Shown here piece after piece: positions 28,651 through 36,974 of a DNA stretch of 64,000 bases; position 1 is the stretch's first letter, and each line of letters begins with the position of its first letter. The notes under the pieces were generated by a model that searched no databases, was not told the DNA's origin, and saw nothing but the letters and a program-made list of their open reading frames with translations. The DNA is taken from the NCBI GenBank assembly GCA_963663865.1, contig OY760686.1:1344001-1408000 (forward strand), written 5' to 3'. Position numbers and translations under genes: made by a program. This stretch comes from Spirochaetota bacterium (GTDB lineage Bacteria; Spirochaetota; UBA4802; UBA5550).

Positions 28651-30203
28651 TAAAGCATTTCCTTTGACGCCTTAAGTGCAAGGGCGGCAATTGTAAGACT
28701 TGGATTTACTGACCCGCCTGACGGCATTACGCTGGAATCAATTACAAAAAGGTTCTTCATTCCCCATACCCGGCAGTCAGGACCGACCACTGAGGTGTCC
28801 GGATTGCTGCCCATGCGGCATGTGCTGAGCGCGTGAGAAAAGGTTTCAATGGGCATTGTATAGTAAAAGAGCGCTCCCGACTTAATGAGAATTCTTCTCG
28901 CCTTTGCGTAGAGCGCGCCTCTGGCTTCAATATCCCTCTTGGAATAACGGTGAAAAATTTTCATCTCCGGCATGCCGTATTTGTCCTTTTTGCTGAAATC
29001 GGCAAAAACCCTGTTGTCGTAGTTTGGCGTGTCTTCAGCGATACAGAGTAGATTTATAAGATAATCGGAAGCGATGCCGGCGGCTGTTTTAAGGCCGAAC
29101 GGTGCATTTGCCTTGATGACGCCTTTGCCGATGCTTGAAACGTCCTGGATGACTCCCCATGGACCCGAGGGGCTGCTTTTTTTTCGTGGGTCGCCGTAGT
29201 AGAAGTCGGTCAGGGCTATCTGCTTCTGAAGCCTGTGTTCTTTGTTGGTTTTATAGGGGAAAATGCCGGCAACGACTCCATTTGCATGTCTCATAAGATA
29301 GCGGCCGATGTTTATGTTGTCAGCTGCGCTGTCGATTCCTGAAGCAAGCAGCAGATGCGGTGATGATAGAGCGCCAGCGGCAATGATTATTGTTTGTCCG
29401 GATATTGTCGAAGTTTCCATCGTCGATTGGTTTATAATATCGACTGAAACAGCCCTGTCGCCTTTTGTGTTAATTTTTACTGCCCGGTGTTCAGAAAGTA
29501 CAACCGCGCCTTTTTGTTCGGCCTTCGGCAGAATCATGACGTCCAGATCGTTCTTTGCTTCAATCTTGCAGAGGTAGTGATCGCATGTTGAACAGAGGAT
29601 GCACTTGTTTTTGCCGTGCTTTCCGCTAAAGTTTATAGCCATTGGCAGAAAGAACGGGTTGAGGCCCAGCTTTTTTGAGGCATCCCAGATTCTTTTAGAC
29701 GGAGGGGAAAGCGTTGTGTCCGGGGCATGCGGATATTCTTCCGGCGCAAATGGTTCAGTTTTGTCTTTTCCTCTGATTCCGGCGATTCCGAGCAGGCGTT
29801 CAGCCTCAAGGTAGTAGGGTGATAGTTTTTTGTAAGTATAGGGCCAAACTGTATCGGGATCTCGTTCATCAGTGCCGGGCAAGGGCGCTCCCAGGAAATC
29901 GTCCTCGCGCATTCTGAATGAAACAGCTCCGTAGAGTGTTGACATTCCGCCGACAGTGTCGTCAAACCAGTCTTTTTTATATCCGCCTCTTTTCTGGTTA
30001 ACGAAAAAGGGGACATCATTGCGGTACATGGGGGCTTTCAGGTGAAGCTTGACCTCGTCCCAGCATGAATCGTCTCTAATCGGTTTTTTGCCTCTTTCTA
30101 TGACAAGAACTTCTTTTCCGGCCGACGCAAGCCTGTAGGCTGTCATTGCTCCGCCAAAACCGCTTCCTATAATGATGTACTCGTAGCTTTTTTTCAGCTT
30201 CAT
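28650..30203 (-). CDS. GMC-family FAD oxidoreductase
   Basis: IIGSGFGG, VIERG, VGGMS, Cys cluster CILCSTCDHYLC, HALSTCRMG, VNPSLTIAALA. Confidence 0.9.
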   Translation of the reverse strand: MKLKKSYEYIIIGSGFGGAMTAYRLASAGKEVLVIERGKKPIRDDSCWDEVKLHLKAPMYRNDVPFFVNQKRGGYKKDWFDDTVGGMSTLYGAVSFRMREDDFLGAPLPGTDERDPDTVWPYTYKKLSPYYLEAERLLGIAGIRGKDKTEPFAPEEYPHAPDTTLSPPSKRIWDASKKLGLNPFFLPMAINFSGKHGKNKCILCSTCDHYLCKIEAKNDLDVMILPKAEQKGAVVLSEHRAVKINTKGDRAVSVDIINQSTMETSTISGQTIIIAAGALSSPHLLLASGIDSAADNINIGRYLMRHANGVVAGIFPYKTNKEHRLQKQIALTDFYYGDPRKKSSPSGPWGVIQDVSSIGKGVIKANAPFGLKTAAGIASDYLINLLCIAEDTPNYDNRVFADFSKKDKYGMPEMKIFHRYSKRDIEARGALYAKARRILIKSGALFYYTMPIETFSHALSTCRMGSNPDTSVVGPDCRVWGMKNLFVIDSSVMPSGGSVNPSLTIAALALKASKEML

Positions 30204-30246
30204 GATATCCCCCCTGGATTGAAACGGATTTTAATGAACCGATATG

Positions 30247-30744
30247 TCAGATAAATGGCCAGACAGCTTCCTGATAAGCTCTGACGAGCAGTAAAAGAAA
30301 GGCGCCGCCCTCAAGTATCCAGGTCCATGCCTGCTGATAGGTTCCCTTGAAACTGATCCAGCCGTATGCCCCCGTGTCAGCCCACAGATTGAAGGTGAAA
30401 CGTTTTTTTGTGAAAGGCAGAAAAATTGGAAGTCCGACGCTGCTTGGCATATCAGCAAGCAGGTGGATAATGAGGCTCACGAACGCAATAGATGCCCATC
30501 CCCAGTTAAATGGAAGAAGAATTAGTCCAACCAGAATAGGTAAAAGAAGCGAATGCGACCATGTGCAATGAAAGGCCTTTGGAGCCAGCTTGAGCATTAT
30601 TGGAAGTCCGTCCAGATTTGGGAGCTCGTGAGCGATGAGCGCGACAGCCATTGCTTCGATTGAGAAGGCATCAATCTGCCCTCCTGTAAGCTCAGGTGCG
30701 AATGATGATATTGTTAATGCTACTGCGAAATGTCCTGCCTGCAT
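30247..30744 (-). CDS. Membrane-bound metal-dependent hydrolase (YdjM-like)
   Basis: GH near start, LPNLD, HCTWSHS, HLLAD; hydrophobic segments. Confidence 0.75.
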   Translation of the reverse strand: MQAGHFAVALTISSFAPELTGGQIDAFSIEAMAVALIAHELPNLDGLPIMLKLAPKAFHCTWSHSLLLPILVGLILLPFNWGWASIAFVSLIIHLLADMPSSVGLPIFLPFTKKRFTFNLWADTGAYGWISFKGTYQQAWTWILEGGAFLLLLVRAYQEAVWPFI

Positions 30745-30795
30745 GTTGTCCTCCAGAGTTTTTACAGGTAAAATGCGTGGTTCGATGAACCAGGT

Positions 30796-31485
30796 TTATG
30801 ATGAAGCTATTATACTTTTTATTCTATCAGTGTCTTTAAGATCCTTAAACAGGTAATCGGGGTTATGTTCTTTAAGCGTATCTTCGGGTGTCCATCCGGT
30901 AGATACCGCGATGCTAACTGAGCCTGATTTTTTCGCGCACTCTATGTCGAAAATGGTATCTCCGATTATAAATGTCCTCTTCGGCGGAACACTGTCTCCT
31001 GTAGCTTCCTGCAGTTTCCTGAGGGCTATATCCGGCATCTGATTCCTTATGTGGGTGTCGTCCGAGAACGCCCCAAAGCTGAAATAATGAGAAAGCGAAA
31101 ATTTATCCAGTTTGACAAAGGCGCTTTGCCTGAAGTTTCCTGTCAGGAGGCCAATGTGATTTCGGGAATCTTCCCTGAGAGCACAAAGTATTTCGCGTAT
31201 TCCCGGCATCAGAACACACTCATTCTTTTTTATCTGCAATTGCAGAAGTTTGATATATAGCGCTTTAAACTTCTGCAGTCCCCTGTCAATCATATCGCTG
31301 TCAATTCCAGCCGGCTCCAGGTTCTCATATAGCAGCTGGAGGTCGGTTCTTCCCTGATAGCTGCAAACATCAAGAGTTCCGAAAGAGCCGTAAGTTTCAA
31401 GGGAAGCCTTGACGAAGGCTTCTTTGCCGGCTCTACCTGAATGCATGATGGTTCCGTCTATGTCAAAGAGTACAGCTTTTTTCAC
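30796..31485 (-). CDS. HAD-superfamily hydrolase
   Basis: LFDIDGT, LLTGN, IIGDTIFD. Confidence 0.9.
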   Translation of the reverse strand: MKKAVLFDIDGTIMHSGRAGKEAFVKASLETYGSFGTLDVCSYQGRTDLQLLYENLEPAGIDSDMIDRGLQKFKALYIKLLQLQIKKNECVLMPGIREILCALREDSRNHIGLLTGNFRQSAFVKLDKFSLSHYFSFGAFSDDTHIRNQMPDIALRKLQEATGDSVPPKRTFIIGDTIFDIECAKKSGSVSIAVSTGWTPEDTLKEHNPDYLFKDLKDTDRIKSIIASS

Positions 31486-31766
31486 TTATCCTTTTCCCTG
31501 GCTTCACGGGCTATGATCTCTTCAACCATTTCCTCTGCAGTTCTGTTCTGGTCATAAAAGTTAATTTTGAGATATCTCTTTTTTGCGGCCCTTGAAAAGG
31601 GGTCAAAGAGAAGGGCAAAACCAATTCCTGGGAAAAGCGAGAAGAAGAAAACCAGACCCGTTTGGACCGCAGTGAACGGCCTTTCAGGTACTTCGAAAAA
31701 GTAGATTACGAGAAACCCTATGATTGCTGTAAATAGTACCGAAAGAAATGGTGTTCGTTTATGCAT
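31482..31766 (-). CDS. Small two-TM hypothetical protein
   Basis: Two hydrophobic segments; GAGG RBS; overlaps the HAD start. Confidence 0.65.
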   Translation of the reverse strand: MHKRTPFLSVLFTAIIGFLVIYFFEVPERPFTAVQTGLVFFFSLFPGIGFALLFDPFSRAAKKRYLKINFYDQNRTAEEMVEEIIAREAREKDK

Positions 31767-31950
31767 TGTTATTTCCTCTATAAATTTTAGAATTTAACAA
31801 TAATTTTTTCATTCATTATTAATCAACAAAAAAATCTGAACTTGATTTATGCTTACAACTTTAACTTGACCATTGGACTGGCATCTGTATTTTCATAGTT
31901 GTGCTGAATTGTGGCCGGGTATAATTGATGCTTAAAGGGAGATTGACAGG

Positions 31951-33435
31951 GTGAATGCTTCTAAAAAAAAGGTTATCATTGCGGGTGCGGGCGAAGCCGG
32001 GCAGACGCTTCTTTCGGAATTTATTAAAAGGGGCGAGGCTGAACATATAGCTGGTTTTATTGATGACGATAAGGCTCTTTGCGGTTCCCTGATAGAGGAA
32101 AAGCAGGTGCTTGGTTCTTCTGAGGATATATCAGCTATTATTCATATGTACTCTATTACCGAAGTTATAATCGCGATGCCATCCGCTTCCGGCGTGAAGA
32201 TCAATTCGCTTGTTAATGCTATTACGGCCAAAGATCCCGATACGGTAGTGCATATAGTGCCATCAGCAGAAAGGTATTTCGAATCTGTTCCTCTTTATCC
32301 TTCCCTGCAGGAAATATCATTTTTCGACCTGACCGGAAGAGATGAATGCGTGATAAACGCATCCAGAATTAGCGGGAAAGTTAAGGGTAAAACTGTTCTT
32401 GTGACGGGGGCTGGAGGAAGCATAGGCTCGGAGATATGCAGGCAGCTTTTGAAGTTTTCTCCGCGCAAAATTGCCTGCGTAGGGAAGGGTGAGAATTCAA
32501 TATACAACCTTGCGCTAATCATGCAGGATTATACGGAATACATGGAAAATCCACCGGAGATTTCTTATTATATTGGCGATGTCAGAGACAGAATGAGAAT
32601 GGAGCAGGTCTTTACACAGGCCAGGCCTGACGTTGTCTTCCACGCGGCAGCTCACAAGCATGTTCCTCTCATGGAGTACAATGAGGCCGAGGCCGTTCAA
32701 AACAATGTATTAGGGACTCTTAACATGCTTGAACTCTCTGCTGAGTTTTCAGTTGAAAATTTTGTCCTTATTTCTACTGATAAGGCCGTCAGGCCTGCTA
32801 ATGTGATGGGAGCTACCAAGCGGCTGGCTGAACTTCTTACCGGCTATTATTCTGAGGTCAAGGGCTTGCGAACAGCGATAGTAAGGTTCGGAAATGTTAT
32901 TGGAAGCAGAGGTTCCGTTATTCCTCTTTTTGTCAGCCAGATCAGGAATGGAGGTCCGGTAACCGTGACACATCCGGAGGTGACCAGGTACTTTATGAGT
33001 ATTCCCGAGGCCTCGCTTCTTGTGATCAATGCCGCTGCCATTTCGGAAGGCGGAGAGATTTACGTCCTGGACATGGGTGAGCAGTTTAAAGTCAGCGATA
33101 TAGCAGAGAGACTCATAAGGCTTCATGGATACGAGCCTGGCAAGGACATTGATGTAGTTTACACCGGGCTGCGTCCTGGAGAAAAACTTTATGAAGAACT
33201 CTTTTACGATCCCTCACTGATGAGGAGAACATCCAACGACAGAATTTTTGAACTCAGCAGGGATTCTATTGTCACTGAACGGTCAAGTATTGAAACCTTT
33301 ATTAGGGGGGGATATGACTCTCTGCATAAACTCGGTCCGAATGAGATCCGGGAGTTTCTAGCGCGTTATGTTCCGGAGTACAATTATCGAGTCCCGGATG
33401 AAGATTGCAGATTGAAAACAAGGATAGTAAATTAG
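31951..33435 (+). CDS. Nucleotide-sugar 4,6-dehydratase (CapD/PglF family), lacking N-terminal TMs
   Basis: GAGEAG, VTGAGGSIGSE, HAAAHKHVP, STDKAV..MGATK, VRFGNV, GLRPGEKLYEEL. Confidence 0.92.
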   Translation: MNASKKKVIIAGAGEAGQTLLSEFIKRGEAEHIAGFIDDDKALCGSLIEEKQVLGSSEDISAIIHMYSITEVIIAMPSASGVKINSLVNAITAKDPDTVVHIVPSAERYFESVPLYPSLQEISFFDLTGRDECVINASRISGKVKGKTVLVTGAGGSIGSEICRQLLKFSPRKIACVGKGENSIYNLALIMQDYTEYMENPPEISYYIGDVRDRMRMEQVFTQARPDVVFHAAAHKHVPLMEYNEAEAVQNNVLGTLNMLELSAEFSVENFVLISTDKAVRPANVMGATKRLAELLTGYYSEVKGLRTAIVRFGNVIGSRGSVIPLFVSQIRNGGPVTVTHPEVTRYFMSIPEASLLVINAAAISEGGEIYVLDMGEQFKVSDIAERLIRLHGYEPGKDIDVVYTGLRPGEKLYEELFYDPSLMRRTSNDRIFELSRDSIVTERSSIETFIRGGYDSLHKLGPNEIREFLARYVPEYNYRVPDEDCRLKTRIVN

Positions 33436-33441
33436 CAGCAC

Positions 33442-34599
33442 ATGGAGGAGATGATTATGCCAACAGAAAGGGCTGAAAATGTTAAGCCGTTTATAGTAAT
33501 GGATATATTGGCCAGGGCGGGTGAGCTTGAGAAGGCCGGCGAGAGTGTAATACACTTTGAGGTCGGAGAGCCCGATTTTGATACCCCTGAATCCGTTAAA
33601 GAGGCCGCAATAGAAGCCATCAGAGCTGGTAAAACACATTATACCCATGCGATGGGCATGCCAGAGTTAAGGCAGGCCATCTGTGATCATTACCATAAGG
33701 AGTACGGAGTCAGCGTTACCCCTGACAGAATACTCGTCACATCGGGGACTTCGCCCGCGCTGTTTCTTACCATGATGGCGCTTGTTGAAAAGGGAGAAGA
33801 AGTAATAATATCGAATCCGGGTTATGCGTGCTACCCAAATTTTGTGGAGGGCGCCGGTGGGAAAGCTATTGAGGTCATAACGCGTGCTGAAGATGGTTTT
33901 GTTTTTACGCCTGATTCAATAAAAGAGGTTATTTCAGACAGGACGAGGGGCATTCTGATTAATTCGCCGTCAAATCCTACAGGTGTTGTTATGAGCGGCA
34001 GCGATCTTTCACGGATAGCCTCATTCGAAAACCTGTATTTAATCTCAGACGAAATCTATCACGGGCTGTCATACTGCGGCAGAGCTGACACTATACTTCA
34101 ATACACTGACCGTGCTTTCGTTGTAAACGGGTTTTCAAAGCTATACGCTATGACAGGCTGGAGGCTCGGGTATGTTATTTTCCCCTCAGAATTTTCCAGG
34201 GCTATGGAAAGGATACACCAGAGCTTCATGATTTCAGCTAACAGCTTTGTCCAGATAGCGGGAATTTCTGCGCTTAAAAACACCGCTGTTGATATTCAAA
34301 ATATGAGAGAAACCTACGATAAAAGACGAAGGTTTATGATTGATGGTCTTAAAGCAATCGGTCTCAAAATTCACAGAGAGCCTACAGGAGCTTTTTATAT
34401 ATTTGCCGATATCAGGCATATCAGTATTGATTCATACGCTGAGGCCTATAATATCCTCGAAAAGGCGAGGGTCGGCGTAACTCCCGGAATTGATTTTGGC
34501 TCCGGAGGCGAGGGATTTCTGCGGTTCAGCTATGCAACATCAATGGATAATATTAAAGAGGGCCTCAATCGTCTGGGTAAGTACTTCGCAGAAAGATGA
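33442..34599 (+). CDS. PLP-dependent aminotransferase class I/II (aspartate aminotransferase-like)
   Basis: GEPDF, NSPSNPTG, SDEIY, GFSKLYAMTGWRLG, LRFSYA. Confidence 0.93.
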   Translation: MEEMIMPTERAENVKPFIVMDILARAGELEKAGESVIHFEVGEPDFDTPESVKEAAIEAIRAGKTHYTHAMGMPELRQAICDHYHKEYGVSVTPDRILVTSGTSPALFLTMMALVEKGEEVIISNPGYACYPNFVEGAGGKAIEVITRAEDGFVFTPDSIKEVISDRTRGILINSPSNPTGVVMSGSDLSRIASFENLYLISDEIYHGLSYCGRADTILQYTDRAFVVNGFSKLYAMTGWRLGYVIFPSEFSRAMERIHQSFMISANSFVQIAGISALKNTAVDIQNMRETYDKRRRFMIDGLKAIGLKIHREPTGAFYIFADIRHISIDSYAEAYNILEKARVGVTPGIDFGSGGEGFLRFSYATSMDNIKEGLNRLGKYFAER

Positions 34600-34622
34600 G
34601 GCCCGGCATAAAAGCGAACTTT

Positions 34623-35171
34623 TTAAAAAATCATTACCGAACAGAATCCGCTGACGGAGTCTACGCTTGTGTGGTTGACATAGTCGTCATATCTCGGGTT
34701 TTCTCCGTCTCCGTAGTACTCAGGGATTTGAGGGTCACTCCACTCGTCTTCGGGTTTTTCGTCAAAGGTAATAATAGCAGCTCTGACGAAGTATTCACCC
34801 CTCATGTCAGGATCGGAGGGAACCTCAACCGATATGCTTGCTCCTCTGCTTGAAGCTGCCGCGAGCGAAGAGTTGTCGTTGAAAGTAATCCAGGACGGAA
34901 GGCTGAGGGCCGTGTACTCGCTGGCAGCTATGACCTTGTATTCGGAATACTCGTTCCAGGGTTCAATGGTCATGTATATCTCCCATCCTGCAAAGTGTTC
35001 CGGTGCTGTTTCTTCCCAGCTTACTGTGAGAGTGGAAGCGCCGTCATGTTCAGCTTCTATGGAAAAGCTTGCTCTCTCTGTAAGAGCGCCTTCAAGCATG
35101 TCTATGCCGTAAGAGCAGGAAATAAGGGGTGTTACGAATATGATTAAAAAAGGCAGTAATATTATTTTCAT
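34623..35171 (-). CDS. Hypothetical lipoprotein with FN3/Ig-like fold
   Basis: Lipobox-like PLISC; TLTVSWE...GWEIY and EYFVRA patterns; acidic. Confidence 0.65.
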   Translation of the reverse strand: MKIILLPFLIIFVTPLISCSYGIDMLEGALTERASFSIEAEHDGASTLTVSWEETAPEHFAGWEIYMTIEPWNEYSEYKVIAASEYTALSLPSWITFNDNSSLAAASSRGASISVEVPSDPDMRGEYFVRAAIITFDEKPEDEWSDPQIPEYYGDGENPRYDDYVNHTSVDSVSGFCSVMIF

Positions 35172-35203
35172 GATTATTTCTCCAGATAAAATGTCGATAC
35201 GGC

Positions 35204-36523
35204 TCAGGCTGTCGGTTCCTGTTTTGCTTCTTTTTCCTTCTCTTTTTCTTTTTCGGTTTTTCCCGTACTGAACGAGACGTTAAACTGAAGGTCAACAGAG
35301 AACTTGTCAATGGTTTCTATGAGCCTCTCAAGCTCCTTTGCTTCGTTAAATCCAGCTTTGATCATTGCACCGCCATAGGGAGCCTTGAATTCAAGCGAGT
35401 AAAAGAACCCGTGAGCACGGTACTTGCTGCTGTCGCTGTGAACAGGCATTGCTTCGTGATAGAAGTTGCTGTATCCAATTGTTGAAATAAGTTCTGAGCC
35501 GGGTTTTGAATAAAAATGGTTAAAAGCAATCTCTGCAGACAGCTTCCGTAGCGGGCTTAAGTCAAGCTCCTCTCCCGTCCTCTTTTCAATGAGGGTTTCG
35601 CTTACATATTGGAACTCCGCTTCAGCTGACAACCGGAGCATATTGTTTATGTTTTCTTTAAGTCCGATTGAGCCAGTATAAAGATCGGCGCTTTCTTTTG
35701 TGTAGTCTGATCCGCTTTTGGCGCTGTTAACCCAGACTGCGTCGTAAAGCTCATCATTGTAGAGACCGACCTGTTTGTAGCCAAGGCTGAGTACAGGCAC
35801 GTAAGGATTAATTATTTTGAGGAACATTTCCGCAAGATTGTTTACATTTACTATAACCTCAGTCTTTTCAATGTTGCTTTCTTTAAGGGAAAAGCGCGTG
35901 TCGAGAAACGACAGCACGTTTGAGGAGAAAAACCATCTGTAAGATGTGGAGCCTTCAGAGCCGAAGTAGTCCATGGTTCCATCATCTGACGGTTCAATGG
36001 ATTTGTTAACCAGAATTCCGCCGTGCAGATACACATAACCCTTCCACACGAAGCTTCCAGCAAAAATATCGTCAAAAAACTGAGAGTATTTGTAATCGGT
36101 TACGCTTGAGTCTCCAGCTTCTCCTCGGTCGATCTCTGTTTTGCGGGTCAGGCCGTAGTGATAACCTGTTGTATTGAATCCCAGGAGGATTGTGTTTGCA
36201 TTGTTAAGAGGGTGAAGGTAAGTCAGACCGCCGTAAGTCCTTATGAGACGCATAGATACCGGCACATTCTCTCCTGTCTCCCGGCTTGGACTGTATATCT
36301 GGAAGTCATGGACCCAGTTAATCTTTCCGAAGAAGTCAAAATTCCACTCTGATTCCTGGATAAGAGCCCATCTTTCAAAAAAAATTGATTCAACCGTCTC
36401 GCTTCGGGCGACCGAATTGTGGAGAGTTGAGGCCTCGTAAGGCGCCGCCAGAAGGGAGGACTTGATAAGACAAATTGCTGCAGCTGTCAGCAGCAGAGAA
36501 GAGAGTTTCTTTAAGTAATCCAT
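35204..36523 (-). CDS. Hypothetical exported beta-rich protein, possible outer-membrane barrel
   Basis: Signal peptide, aromatic-rich amphipathic strands, final strand FSVDLQFNVSF plus EK-rich tail. Confidence 0.65.
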   Translation of the reverse strand: MDYLKKLSSLLLTAAAICLIKSSLLAAPYEASTLHNSVARSETVESIFFERWALIQESEWNFDFFGKINWVHDFQIYSPSRETGENVPVSMRLIRTYGGLTYLHPLNNANTILLGFNTTGYHYGLTRKTEIDRGEAGDSSVTDYKYSQFFDDIFAGSFVWKGYVYLHGGILVNKSIEPSDDGTMDYFGSEGSTSYRWFFSSNVLSFLDTRFSLKESNIEKTEVIVNVNNLAEMFLKIINPYVPVLSLGYKQVGLYNDELYDAVWVNSAKSGSDYTKESADLYTGSIGLKENINNMLRLSAEAEFQYVSETLIEKRTGEELDLSPLRKLSAEIAFNHFYSKPGSELISTIGYSNFYHEAMPVHSDSSKYRAHGFFYSLEFKAPYGGAMIKAGFNEAKELERLIETIDKFSVDLQFNVSFSTGKTEKEKEKEKEAKQEPTA

Positions 36524-36974
36524 TGTTTACATCCGTTAGTTCAATAAATTTTTTTTTGATATTTTGGACACAAAATTTCTGTTTTGTCAAGAAGAAATAG
36601 CCTGATTGGGCTTTTAAGCCGGTTATATTTTTTTTGCTGAAGTATGGAAAAAAATAATAACTTTTAGCAGAGGCGTGGATAAAGTTCTTTACAAAATAAA
36701 AAATGCTGATTCAAATTATACATAAAATGTTCAGTAATTTAATTAACCCGGTTCGGCAGGAAGTCGGGGAAGGTGATCCTCGAATTGCTTCTTACCGCAG
36801 GCATATTAAACGACTGAAAGCAAATCAGCTGGAGGCCGTGCGCAGTTAAAAGTACAATAATCTATTTACATCAGACATATCGTTTTTTTTCATTCCCGCT
36901 TTCTTTAAGTCTTTAGTCTTCAACTGCCGGTTGAATGTAGCTGAAATCTACGCAACTAACTAGGAGGATAGCTA

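Noticed and set aside
36703-36849. 48-codon uORF or riboswitch before the EF-G paralogue
   Set aside because: No SD, starts within an AT-rich promoter-like tract, and hairpins match no riboswitch consensus I recognise.
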